The notes under the pieces: model-generated
What the model saw: the letters and a program-made list of their open reading frames with translations, nothing else
The model's database searches: none
What the model was told of the DNA's origin: nothing
DNA from: Erythrobacter sp.
GTDB lineage: Bacteria; Pseudomonadota; Alphaproteobacteria; Sphingomonadales; Sphingomonadaceae
Assembly: GCA_025698865.1 (NCBI GenBank)
Contig: JAILWQ010000002.1
Coordinates: 144,385 to 208,384, forward strand
DNA: 64,000 nucleotides
Direction of reading: 5' to 3'
In this document: positions 17,461-26,873 of the stretch, one piece after another
Position numbering within the stretch: the stretch's first letter is position 1
Layout: each line of letters begins with the position of its first letter
Translations under genes and position numbers: made by a program

Positions 17461-18306
17461 TCAGGCGCTCTTGCTCTTCTTGGCGGAGGTCTTCTTCGGT
17501 GGAGCCGCCTTCTTGTCCCCATCAACCGATTTCTTGAGCGCGGCCATCAGGTCGATGACATTGGAGCCGGACGCGCCTTCGCTGTCGCCGCTGTCCTCAA
17601 TGATCGCCTTGTTCGATTTCGACTTGGCCTTCTTGTCGATCAGCTTGCGCAGCGCCTCGACATAGCGGTCCTCGAACTCGCCCGCATCGAAGGGCGCGCT
17701 TTTCTGGTCGATCAGCGCCGTAGCGAGATCGAGCAGTTCCTTCTTGGGCTTGGCATCATCGATCTCCGTGAAGAACGACTGGCCCTTGCGCACCTCGTCG
17801 GCATAACGCAGCGTTTCCAGCAGCAGCCCCTTGCCGCAGGGCTTGATGGCGACGAGCTTCTCGCTGCCCCGCACCGAAAGCTGGCCCAGCGCGACCTTCT
17901 TCGCCTTGCGCAGCGCCTCGCGCAGCACGATGAACGCCTCCTCGGCCAGCTCGTCCTGCGGCGCGACGTAATAGGGCTTTTCGAAATAGAGCGGGTCGAT
18001 CTCGCAGGCATCGACGAACTGGACCAGCTCCAGCGTGCGCTTGCTCTCGATCTTGACCGCCTCGATCTCCTCCTCCTCCAGCAGGACGTATTCGCCCTTG
18101 GAGACCTCGTAGCCCTTGATGATCTCGTCGCGATCGACCGGGCCGATGCCGGGCACGACCTTTTCGTAGGAGATACGTTTGCCGCTCGGCTCGTGGATCT
18201 GGTTGAAGCGGATCTTCGCGCCGGATTTGGTGGCGGTGTAGATTTCGACCGGAATGCTGACCAGCGCCAGCCTGATCTGTCCTTGCCAATAGGCGCGCGC
18301 GGCCAT
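17461..18306 (-). CDS. ku: NHEJ Ku protein
   Basis: 'AYWQGQIRLALVSIPV', 'IIKGYE', 'LVQFV...IDPLYFEKPYY', basic C-terminal tail; directly upstream of ligD. Confidence 0.96.
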   Translation of the reverse strand: MAARAYWQGQIRLALVSIPVEIYTATKSGAKIRFNQIHEPSGKRISYEKVVPGIGPVDRDEIIKGYEVSKGEYVLLEEEEIEAVKIESKRTLELVQFVDACEIDPLYFEKPYYVAPQDELAEEAFIVLREALRKAKKVALGQLSVRGSEKLVAIKPCGKGLLLETLRYADEVRKGQSFFTEIDDAKPKKELLDLATALIDQKSAPFDAGEFEDRYVEALRKLIDKKAKSKSNKAIIEDSGDSEGASGSNVIDLMAALKKSVDGDKKAAPPKKTSAKKSKSA

Positions 18307-18449
18307 TGTCCTGTCTCCCTTGTGCGCCCAACCAGCGCGCCGAGTCAGCGCGCCAGACGCGGAATCGTTTCCGAGGCTGCGACGCCGCTTGGCTTGCTGC
18401 GATCCGGTTACGCCTGTAACGGGTCGCGCAAGACAAGGAGTCCTCCCCC

Positions 18450-19565
18450 ATGCGTGTCGGTTGCCCCAAGGAAATCAAGAACCACGAATATCGCGTCGGC
18501 CTGACGCCCGAAAGCGCGCGCGAGCTGACGCATCAGGGCAGCGAGGTCTGGATCGAGACCGGCGCGGGCATGGGCATCGGCGCGACCGACGCCGAATACG
18601 AGGCCGCCGGTGCGCGCATCGTGGACGGGCCGGATCCGATCTTCGCCGAGTGCGAAATGGTCGTGAAGGTCAAGGAACCGCAGGCCGAGGAACGTGCCAA
18701 GCTGCGCCCCGACCAAGTGCTCTACACCTATCTCCACCTTGCGCCCGATCCCGAGCAGACCGCCGATCTGGTGAAGTCCGGTGTTACCGCGATCGCTTAC
18801 GAGACGGTGACCGGTCCGGGTGGCCAGCTCCCGCTGCTCAAGCCGATGAGCCAGGTCGCCGGGCGCATGAGCATCCAGGCCGGTGCCAGCGCGCTTGAAA
18901 AGGCCCATGGCGGACGCGGCGTGCTGATCGGCGGCGTTCCCGGCGTGCTGCCGGGCAAGGTCGTGGTGATCGGCGGCGGCGTGGTCGGGTTCAACGCGGC
19001 GCAGATGGCAGTCGGCCTCGGCGGCGACGTCGAGATTCTCGATCGCGATCCCGACGTGCTCGAGCGGGTCGGCACCTTCTTCGAGGCGCGCGCCTCCACC
19101 CGCTTCTCCAACAAGACCAATCTGGAAGAGGCGGTCTGCGCGGCGGATCTCGTGATCGGGGCCGTGCTGATCCCGGGCGCGGCGGCGCCCAAGCTGGTGA
19201 CGCGCGATCTGCTCAAGCAGATGAAGCCCGGCGCGGTGCTCGTCGATGTGGCCATCGACCAGGGCGGCTGCTTCGAGACCAGCCGCGCGACCACCCATGC
19301 CGAGCCGACCTATGTCGTCGACGATATCGTGCATTACTGCGTCGCCAACATGCCCGGCGCCGTGGCGCGCACCAGCACCTATGCGCTCAACAACGTGACC
19401 CTGCCCCATGCCCTGCGCATTGCGAAGATGGGGTGGAAGGAAGCGCTGCGCGCCAATCCGCATCTTGCCGAAGGGCTCAACGTCCACGCCGGCAAGGTCA
19501 CATACCGCGCGGTGGCGGAAGAGCTGGGCTACGACTATCTGCCGGTTGCCGAAGCGCTAGGTTGA
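18450..19565 (+). CDS. ald: Alanine dehydrogenase
   Basis: '[17 protein letters not shown]', 'YLHLA', 'IAYETV', 'VIGGGVVG', '[13 protein letters not shown]', '[11 protein letters not shown]'. Confidence 0.97.
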   Translation: MRVGCPKEIKNHEYRVGLTPESARELTHQGSEVWIETGAGMGIGATDAEYEAAGARIVDGPDPIFAECEMVVKVKEPQAEERAKLRPDQVLYTYLHLAPDPEQTADLVKSGVTAIAYETVTGPGGQLPLLKPMSQVAGRMSIQAGASALEKAHGGRGVLIGGVPGVLPGKVVVIGGGVVGFNAAQMAVGLGGDVEILDRDPDVLERVGTFFEARASTRFSNKTNLEEAVCAADLVIGAVLIPGAAAPKLVTRDLLKQMKPGAVLVDVAIDQGGCFETSRATTHAEPTYVVDDIVHYCVANMPGAVARTSTYALNNVTLPHALRIAKMGWKEALRANPHLAEGLNVHAGKVTYRAVAEELGYDYLPVAEALG

Positions 19566-19618
19566 ACTGACGCGGCCGGGTTAACCGCCCGGAAACCGGT
19601 TTGGGATAGCTCTGCTGC

Positions 19619-21370
19619 GTGACCAGCAGGCTGCCGCACATTGTCGCGATGATCGTGCTGCATCTTGCGGCCGTTCTGGCGTGTCTTCACGCCCCCGCAT
19701 CCGCGCACGATCCGGACGAAGGATCGCTCACCCGCCCCGCCTGCTTCGCCTCCAGCACCGACGATCGCACACTGGCACAGATGGCCGGCGCTTCCGCCCT
19801 GTGGAATTGCCGCGGCGGCGGGTGGGACGCGTCCGCGCCGGTCTCGTGGATCCGCTTCGGGATATCGGGCCGGTCGGACGAGGCCCCGCCCTCGCTCTTC
19901 TTCACCCGGATTTCCCGCTTCGCCTCAATTTCGCTCACCGCCATCGATGCCGACGGAGCCAAGCGGACCGCGACTTTCGGCGAGGAGGACGGGACCCCGG
20001 TGGCGGCCGGCCCCATCTTCACCCTTCCCCTGCCTGAAATCACCGCCAAAACGCGTGCGCTGGTGGTCCGCATCGTCGGGCCGCACAGCGCACCGATGAT
20101 GACCGAGGCGCGGCTGACGGGTTCGACCACGCGGACCGACTGGAGCGTCATCCAGCTGCTCTTCCTGGCGATGATCCTCGGCATGCTGGTCATGCCGTTG
20201 ATGTTCGACGTGAGTTTCTACATCGTCCTGCGCGAGAGGTTCGTCCTTCTCCATGCCTTCATGGCGTTCTCGATGATCCTCTACGTGCTGTTCGCCGGGG
20301 GGCTTCTGCCGGTCTTCGCGAATGTATCGGTGCCGGCAATGGCCGTCGGGGGATCGCTCAGCTGGGCGGCAGGGTCGGCCGCCGCGGCTTTCTTCCTAAC
20401 CGAATTCGTCGAGCCGGGCCGCTTGCCGGCGCGCATGGACCGCGCACTGCGGCTTGCCGGCTGGTGGACATTGCTGGTCATCGGCTTCGCCTCCCTGCAG
20501 CTGTCCTGGACGCAGAGCTTCGACAATGCGCTCTATTTCTACGGCTTCGTTCCGGTGATCGCGATCTACCTCGCCGCGATCGTGGTCGCGCTGATGCGGG
20601 GAAGCGTGGCTGCGCGCTATGTCGCGGCGGCGTGGATACCGCTGTTCCTCGCGGCGAGCGAAAGGCTGCTCCGCGGTCTCGGCGTCTACGCCGCGCCGTC
20701 CTGGTTCGACCAGTTCCTCTACACCGCGCTGGCGTTGGAAGTGATGATCGTCGCTCTCGGCGTAGCCAGCCGATATGCCGCGATCCGGCTCGAGCGCGAC
20801 AATGCCCGGGCCGAGGCGAAGATGCTGGAGAACCTCTCGGAACGCGACCCGCTGACCGGCCTTCTCAACCGCCGCGCCCTCGACGATCGCTTCCCCGATC
20901 TCCATGCCGCCGGCTACGAGACGGTCGCGCTGTTCGATCTCGACCATTTCAAGACAGTCAACGACACGCACGGGCACGAGGTCGGCGATCAGGTTCTCCG
21001 GGTCGTGGGCGACGTGTTGCGGACCGATCCGGAGGCGGTGGCGGTGCGGATGGGCGGCGAGGAGTTCCTGGTCCTGTTCGCCGGCGACGATGTCGAGATC
21101 CGGGCCGAGCGGATGCGCCAGACCATCGCGGTGCGGGTCGCGCGCGAGGTGGAGGCGCTTAAGTCGATCCTGACCGCGAGCGTGGGGCTGGTCCAGGGGC
21201 CGCGGTCGAAGGACGGCGCGACCGACTTCGCGCAGCTCTATCGCCGCGCCGATGCGCTGCTCTACGAAGCGAAGGCGGGTGGTCGCAACCTGCTGGCAAG
21301 CGAGACGCTGCGCCATGTCCGCCCGCCTCCGCCGCCGGTCATGCCGCTCCGCAAATCCAGCGCGGCCTGA
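19619..21370 (+). CDS. 7TM-DISM sensor diguanylate cyclase (GGEEF)
   Basis: Signal peptide, periplasmic beta-rich domain, about 7 TM helices, 'DPLTGLLNRR', 'FDLDHFKTVND.HGHEVGD', 'RMGGEEF'. Confidence 0.88.
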   Translation: MTSRLPHIVAMIVLHLAAVLACLHAPASAHDPDEGSLTRPACFASSTDDRTLAQMAGASALWNCRGGGWDASAPVSWIRFGISGRSDEAPPSLFFTRISRFASISLTAIDADGAKRTATFGEEDGTPVAAGPIFTLPLPEITAKTRALVVRIVGPHSAPMMTEARLTGSTTRTDWSVIQLLFLAMILGMLVMPLMFDVSFYIVLRERFVLLHAFMAFSMILYVLFAGGLLPVFANVSVPAMAVGGSLSWAAGSAAAAFFLTEFVEPGRLPARMDRALRLAGWWTLLVIGFASLQLSWTQSFDNALYFYGFVPVIAIYLAAIVVALMRGSVAARYVAAAWIPLFLAASERLLRGLGVYAAPSWFDQFLYTALALEVMIVALGVASRYAAIRLERDNARAEAKMLENLSERDPLTGLLNRRALDDRFPDLHAAGYETVALFDLDHFKTVNDTHGHEVGDQVLRVVGDVLRTDPEAVAVRMGGEEFLVLFAGDDVEIRAERMRQTIAVRVAREVEALKSILTASVGLVQGPRSKDGATDFAQLYRRADALLYEAKAGGRNLLASETLRHVRPPPPPVMPLRKSSAA

Positions 21371-21391
21371 GGCGCCTTCCGGGCCGGATCG

Positions 21392-21787
21392 TCAGGCCAG
21401 GAACGGCGCCGCGATCTCGGCGCGGATGCGCTGGGGGCGGCCGGTGGCGCGGTCGATCATCGCCCAGGTCGATCGGACCGCGACCAGCAGCCGCCCCGAC
21501 GCATCGTGGAAATCGACGCAGCGATCGAAGCGCGCGCCCTTGGGCGTGCCGGGTATCCAGGTGGTCGCGACCACATCCTCGCCCGGGCCGACATTGCCGC
21601 GATAATCGATCTCGTGCCGGGTCACCATCCAGACATAGTTCTCGATCGCCTCCCGATCCGCGACGTTCTGCCAGTGTTCGGTGGCGATGTCCTGCACCCA
21701 CCGCACCCAGACCGCGTTGTTGACATGGCCGAGCTTGTCGATCGTGTCGGGTCCGGCGAGGAATGTCTTGGTGTGGCTGTTGCTCAT
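21392..21787 (-). CDS. Acyl-CoA thioesterase (4HBT/YbgC hot-dog family)
   Basis: 'IDKLGHVNNAVW', 'RHEIDY', 'STWAMID...GRP.RI'; ATG overlaps the ptrB stop (ATGA). Confidence 0.9.
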   Translation of the reverse strand: MSNSHTKTFLAGPDTIDKLGHVNNAVWVRWVQDIATEHWQNVADREAIENYVWMVTRHEIDYRGNVGPGEDVVATTWIPGTPKGARFDRCVDFHDASGRLLVAVRSTWAMIDRATGRPQRIRAEIAAPFLA

Positions 21788-23940
21788 CCGCCCTCTTGCG
21801 CGCCGTCCTCGCCCATCTGGGTGAGGATGAAGGCGACCTCTTCGGCCGTCTCGTAGATCGACTGGAACCGGCCCGACTTGCCGCCGTGGCCCGCGCCCAT
21901 ATTCGTCTTGAGCAGCAGAGTGTTGTCGTCGGTCTTCATTTCGCGCAGCTTCGCGACCCATTTGGCGGGTTCCCAATAGGTCACGCGCGGATCGTTGAGG
22001 CCGGCGGTCACCAGCAGCGGCGGATAGTCCTGCGCGATCACCTGATCGTAGGGGCTGTAGCTGAGGATATAGGCGAAGGCCTGCTTGGACCGGATCGGGT
22101 CACCCCATTCGGGCCATTCGCCGGGCGTCAGCGGCAGGTCCTCGTCCAGCATGGTGTTGAGCACGTCGACGAAGGGCACATGCGCCACCACCGCGCCCCA
22201 CAGGTCGGGATCGGTGTTGACGACGACACCCATCAGCTCGCCGCCCGCGGAGCCGCCGGAAATGCTGATCCGGCCCTTCTCGGTATAGCCTTTGTCCGCC
22301 AGACCCTTCGCCACGTCGACGAAATCGTTGAAGGTGTTGACCCGCTCGTTGAGCTTGCCTTGCAGATACCAGTTGCGCCCGAGATCGTCGCCGCCCCGGA
22401 TATGGGCGATGGCATAGGCATAGCCGCGATCGACCAGGCTCAGCCGCGTGGTCGAGAAGCCCGGCGGCACGGCATAGCCGTAGGCCCCGTAGGCATAGAG
22501 ATGAAGCGGCCCGGTCCTGGGCCGATCCTTGCGCATCACCAGGCTGACCGGCACCATCGTCCCGTCGCGGGCGCGGATCTCGACCCGTTCGGTGACGTAG
22601 AGCGAGGGATCGTAGCCGCTGGGAATCTCCTGCTGCTTGAGCTGCTCGAGCTCGCCGGTGGCGACGTGATAGTCGTAGACCGTGTCGGGCGTGACCATGC
22701 TCTGGTAGGACAGTCGCAGCTTGTCCTGGTCGTATTCGGGATTGTTGGTCAGCCCGGTGGTAAAGCTGGGCTCGGCAAAGGCGATCGGCTTGACCAGCGC
22801 AGGCTCGGCGTAGGAGCGGAGCTGGATCTGGTCGAGTCCGGCGAGCCGGCCTTCGGTGACATAGAAATCCTTGAACAGCGAGAAGCCGTCGAGATAGAAT
22901 TCGTCCGACCCGGCGATCAGCGTCTGCCATTCGCCCGGGTTGTCGAGCGGCGCGGTGGCGACGCGGAAATTGACATGGTCGTCATTGGTGTGGACCCACA
23001 CCGTGCCGTCGCGCAGGTCGACATCGTATTCGACGCCCTTCTTGCGCTCCTTGACCAGGATCGGTTCGGCGGTGGGATTGTCGGCGGGAACGAGGCGAAC
23101 CTCGCTCGTCTCGTTGTCGCCGGTCGAGATCACCAGCCAGTCTTCCTGCGAAGTCAGACCAGTGCCGACGCCGAAGCCCTCGTCGCGCGTCTCGCGGTAG
23201 AGCTCGACATCCTCGCTCACCGGCGTGCCGATCACATGAAGCGTCGCCTCTTTGGTGCGCCAGTTGTCGTCGGCCATGCCATACACCAAGGCGCGGTCGC
23301 CCATCACCCAGGTGAGGCCGGTGCGGGTCCCAGAGATGGTGTCGTCCAGCAGCTCGCCGGTCTCCAGATCCTTGATCCGCGCGGTGTAGCGCTCCGATCC
23401 GTTGTTGTCCGCCGAATAGGCGAGATAGCGCCCGTTCCGCGACACCGAGAAGGCGCCGAGGCGGAAATATTCCTTGCCCTCGGCCAGTTCGTTCTCGTCG
23501 AGGATCAGCACCGCATCGCCCCCGGCCACGGGCTTGCGGTAATACTTGCGGTACTCCGCCCCTTCCTCGAATTCCGACCAGTAGAGCCAGTCGCCATCCT
23601 TTTGCGGCACGGTGGAATCGTCTTCCTTGATCCGCGCCTTCATCTCCTCGAACAGCGTGTCGACGAGCCCCTGATGCGGCTTCATCTGCGCTTCGAACCA
23701 AGCGTTCTCGGCCTTGAGGTGATCGAGCACATCCGCGTCGTCGACCGTCGGATAGCTCTTGTCGTGCAGCCAGTTGTAGGGATCGGCAATCGTGATCCCG
23801 TGATGGCTGTAGGAATGGTCGCGTTTTACGGCGACGGGCGGCGCGGTCGGTTCGGTCAAGTCGGTGTCCTGTGCGTAGGCTGGTGCGGCGGTGAGGGCGA
23901 TGGCGCCCGCGGCCAGATAGGCGGTGAAATGGCGCGGCAT
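21784..23940 (-). CDS. ptrB: Oligopeptidase B (S9A), secreted
   Basis: Signal peptide; 'DPYNWL', 'YAYGAYG', 'AHIRGG', catalytic 'GGSAGG', 'DPRVTYWEPAKW', 'GAGHGG'. Confidence 0.93.
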   Translation of the reverse strand: MPRHFTAYLAAGAIALTAAPAYAQDTDLTEPTAPPVAVKRDHSYSHHGITIADPYNWLHDKSYPTVDDADVLDHLKAENAWFEAQMKPHQGLVDTLFEEMKARIKEDDSTVPQKDGDWLYWSEFEEGAEYRKYYRKPVAGGDAVLILDENELAEGKEYFRLGAFSVSRNGRYLAYSADNNGSERYTARIKDLETGELLDDTISGTRTGLTWVMGDRALVYGMADDNWRTKEATLHVIGTPVSEDVELYRETRDEGFGVGTGLTSQEDWLVISTGDNETSEVRLVPADNPTAEPILVKERKKGVEYDVDLRDGTVWVHTNDDHVNFRVATAPLDNPGEWQTLIAGSDEFYLDGFSLFKDFYVTEGRLAGLDQIQLRSYAEPALVKPIAFAEPSFTTGLTNNPEYDQDKLRLSYQSMVTPDTVYDYHVATGELEQLKQQEIPSGYDPSLYVTERVEIRARDGTMVPVSLVMRKDRPRTGPLHLYAYGAYGYAVPPGFSTTRLSLVDRGYAYAIAHIRGGDDLGRNWYLQGKLNERVNTFNDFVDVAKGLADKGYTEKGRISISGGSAGGELMGVVVNTDPDLWGAVVAHVPFVDVLNTMLDEDLPLTPGEWPEWGDPIRSKQAFAYILSYSPYDQVIAQDYPPLLVTAGLNDPRVTYWEPAKWVAKLREMKTDDNTLLLKTNMGAGHGGKSGRFQSIYETAEEVAFILTQMGEDGAQEGG

Positions 23941-24124
23941 GGCGGTTCGGTCCTCCCGGCGGACGAGGCGCGCAACCACGGGTGGAAACCCCGCGCCCGC
24001 CCCTGTATGGTGCATCCATGACTATGCGGGCGCGCAGCCCGCCGCAAGCGCCGTTTCGCGAGGCTCGCGCCCGCACTTACCCGAAACGGCCGGATGACAG
24101 ACGAGCCCAAAGGATGACACGCCC

Positions 24125-25942
24125 ATGCTGATGCAGACACACGAAGCCCGCCTCGACGCTCTCCGCCAGGAATTGAAGCGCCGCGATCTCGACGGGTTCG
24201 TGATCCCGATCTCCGACGAGCACATGAGCGAATATGTCGGCGACTATGCCCAGCGCCTGCAATGGCTGACCGGGTTCAAGGGCAGCGCGGGCAGCGCCGC
24301 CGTGATGCGCGATCGGGCCGCGATCTTCACCGACGGCCGCTACACCGTGCAGGTGCGCGAACAGGTCGACGGCAAGCTGTTCGATTACGAGGACGTGCCC
24401 GCCACCAGTCCGGCGAAATGGCTGGCGAAGCACGCGCGCGAGGGGATGCGGATCGGCTACGACGCCTGGCTCCACGGCGTCGAATGGGCCGAGGATGCGG
24501 CAAAGCTCCTCGCCAAGAAGGGCGCGGAACTCGTCCCGGTCGAAGGCAATCCGATCGACGCCGTCTGGGCCGACCGCCCCGCCCCCTCCGCCGCGCCGGC
24601 CGTCCCTTATTCGGACGAGCACGCCGGCCGTTCCAGCGCCGAGAAGCGCGCCGAGATCGCCGACTGGCTACAGGAGGAAGGCTACGACGCGACCATCGTC
24701 GCCGCGCTCGATTCGGTCGCCTGGCTGCTCAACATGCGCGGGGCCGACGTCGCCAATACGCCGGTCGCACTGTCCTATGTCACGGTCCATTCCGACGGGA
24801 CGGCCGAGCTGTTCATCGCGCCCGAAAAGGTCTCGCCCGAGCTTGCCCAGCATCTCGGCAATGCGGTGAAAGTCCGCGACCGCGGCGAATTCGAAAGCGC
24901 TCTCGGGTCGTTGAAGGGCAAGACGGTGGCGGTCGACACCAACCATGCGGTCGCCGGCATTTTCCAGGCGCTGGAGGATGGCGGGGCCAGGGTGGTACGG
25001 ACCGACGATCCGACCGTGCTCGCCAAGGCGATCAAGAACGCAGCGGAACAGCGCGGTCACCGCGAAGCGCAGGCGCGCGACGGGGCGGCGGTGTCGCGCT
25101 TCCTGCGCTGGCTGAGCGCGGAGGCACCCAAGGGCGGCGTGGACGAGCTGACCGCTGCCGCCAAGCTGCGCGAATTCCGCGGATTGGACCCCGAAATGCG
25201 CGATTCGAGCTTCGACACGATCAGCGCCGCCGGGCCACACTCCGCCCTGCCGCACTACAAGGTGGACGAGGACAGCAACATCCCGATCCCGCCGGGCAGC
25301 ATCTACCTGGTCGATTCGGGCGGCCAGTATCTCGGCGGCACGACCGACATCACCCGCACGGTCTGGGTCGCAACGCCGGACGGATCGGCCCAGCCGAGCG
25401 CGGAAATGATCGACCGCAACACCCGCGTGCTGAAGGGCCATATCCAGCTCGCGCTCGCGACCTTCCCGCAAGGCACCAATGGCGGCCAGCTCGACACTCT
25501 GGCGCGGATGCATCTGTGGCAGGCAGGCGTCGATTTCGGCCACGGCACCGGCCACGGCGTCGGCAGCTATCTCGCGGTGCACGAGGGGCCGCAGCGCATT
25601 TCCAAGCCGGGCGGCGCCTTCGCCGGAACCGGCACACCGCTCCATGCGGGCATGATCCTGTCGAACGAGCCGGGCTATTACAAGGCGGGCGCCTACGGCA
25701 TCCGGATCGAGAACCTGATTCTGACCGTCCCTGCCGACATTCAGGGCGCGGAGGGCGAGTGGCTCGGCTTCGAGACGCTGACCTTCGTCCCGCTCGACCG
25801 GAGGCTGGTCGACAAGGCGCTGCTGACCGATGCCGAGATCGACTGGTGGAATGCTTACCACGCCGAGGTTCGCGACGTGCTGTCGCCGCGCCTCGAGGGC
25901 GAGGATCTGGCCTGGCTCGAAGCGGAGTGCGCGCCGCTCTGA
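24125..25942 (+). CDS. Xaa-Pro aminopeptidase (aminopeptidase P, M24B)
   Basis: 'DEHMSEY', 'TGFKGSAG', 'DGRY', 'DSGGQY..GTTDITRT', 'HGTGHGVG...VHEGP', 'SNEPGYY', 'GIRIEN'. Confidence 0.94.
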   Translation: MLMQTHEARLDALRQELKRRDLDGFVIPISDEHMSEYVGDYAQRLQWLTGFKGSAGSAAVMRDRAAIFTDGRYTVQVREQVDGKLFDYEDVPATSPAKWLAKHAREGMRIGYDAWLHGVEWAEDAAKLLAKKGAELVPVEGNPIDAVWADRPAPSAAPAVPYSDEHAGRSSAEKRAEIADWLQEEGYDATIVAALDSVAWLLNMRGADVANTPVALSYVTVHSDGTAELFIAPEKVSPELAQHLGNAVKVRDRGEFESALGSLKGKTVAVDTNHAVAGIFQALEDGGARVVRTDDPTVLAKAIKNAAEQRGHREAQARDGAAVSRFLRWLSAEAPKGGVDELTAAAKLREFRGLDPEMRDSSFDTISAAGPHSALPHYKVDEDSNIPIPPGSIYLVDSGGQYLGGTTDITRTVWVATPDGSAQPSAEMIDRNTRVLKGHIQLALATFPQGTNGGQLDTLARMHLWQAGVDFGHGTGHGVGSYLAVHEGPQRISKPGGAFAGTGTPLHAGMILSNEPGYYKAGAYGIRIENLILTVPADIQGAEGEWLGFETLTFVPLDRRLVDKALLTDAEIDWWNAYHAEVRDVLSPRLEGEDLAWLEAECAPL

Positions 25943-26001
25943 CGTGGTCAGGGCCCCGTTCGCTGGCGCTTCGATGAACGGGGGCGGGGCCGCGATACAC
26001 T

Positions 26002-26043
26002 CTGCGACAATTCGGCCCGATCCCGGCAAAGTGCTGCGACAAT
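26002..26043 (+). promoter_or_regulatory. Perfect 10-bp direct repeat CTGCGACAAT x2 upstream of the EF-hand gene
   Basis: Copies at 26002-26011 and 26034-26043, 32 bp apart (about 3 helical turns). Confidence 0.5.
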
Positions 26044-26069
26044 GAAGCCCTAGAAGGGTCACATGAGTT

Positions 26070-26118
26070 GCGGCGGGCCGGGATACCTCCCCCCCCCCTT
26101 TCCGTTCCGGTCCGTCGC
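26070..26118 (+). ncRNA. Structured leader or sRNA hairpin with a CCUCC/poly-C loop
   Basis: 14-bp stem (26070-26083 with 26105-26118) with 3 G-U pairs that form only on the + strand; the loop carries CCUCC and a C10 run. Confidence 0.5.
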
Positions 26119-26150
26119 GGCTCCCCCTTTCCTTGTCCCGGAGCAGCGAC

Positions 26151-26873
26151 ATGAAGACCTTTTTCCTCACCCTTTCCGCCGGCACTCTCGCGCTGACGGG
26201 CGCCACCGCCGTCTTCGCGCAGGACCGCACGCCCATGGTCAAACGCGACGGCAATGGCGACGGCACGATCACCCGCGCCGAGATGCAGGCCCACGGCGCG
26301 GCGATGTTCGCGCGGATGGACGCCAATGGCGACGGGCGGATCGATACCGCCGACCGCGCGGCGCGCAAGGCCGAGCGCTTTGCCCGCATGGACCGCGACG
26401 GCAATGGCGAGATCAGCCAGGCCGAGATGGACGCCAACCGGGCCGAACGCCGCGAGCGGATGGAGCAGCACCGCGCCGAACGCGCGGAGAAGGCCGGCGA
26501 CCGGCGCGAGCAGATGTTCGCCCGCCTCGACACCGATCGCAGCGGCGGCATCTCGCAAGCCGAGATGGATGCCGCCCGTTCGCAGCGCGGCGAAGGCGGC
26601 GAAGCGCGTGCTGACGGCCGCAAGGGCAAGCGCGGCCACCGCATGGGTCGCCGCGGTATGCACCGGGGCGGCATGATGATGGGTATGATGCGTCAGGCCG
26701 ACACCAACAATGATCAGGCCCTCACTCGCGCGGAATTCGACGCCGCGCTGACGCAGCACTTCAGCCGGCTCGACACCGACGGCAACGGATCGATCACGCA
26801 GGCCGAGCGCCAGGCAGCGCGCGAGGCGATGCGCGCCCGCATGACCGAGCGTCGCGGCCAGCGCGGCCAATGA
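26151..26873 (+). CDS. Secreted EF-hand protein (6 EF-hand loops)
   Basis: Signal peptide; loops DGNGDGTITRAE, DANGDGRIDTAD, DRDGNGEISQAE, DTDRSGGISQAE, DTNNDQALTRAE, DTDGNGSITQAE. Confidence 0.92.
   Translation: MKTFFLTLSAGTLALTGATAVFAQDRTPMVKRDGNGDGTITRAEMQAHGAAMFARMDANGDGRIDTADRAARKAERFARMDRDGNGEISQAEMDANRAERRERMEQHRAERAEKAGDRREQMFARLDTDRSGGISQAEMDAARSQRGEGGEARADGRKGKRGHRMGRRGMHRGGMMMGMMRQADTNNDQALTRAEFDAALTQHFSRLDTDGNGSITQAERQAAREAMRARMTERRGQRGQ

Noticed and set aside
18307-18380. EcfG promoter for ku-ligD
   Set aside because: The best match (GGAAAC-N16-CGCT) deviates in both boxes; not convincing.
26151-26873. EF-hand protein as a lanmodulin
   Set aside because: None of the six loops has the position-2 proline typical of lanmodulin, and no xoxF/lut genes are in the window. 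Lanthanide binding is not excluded but is unsupported.
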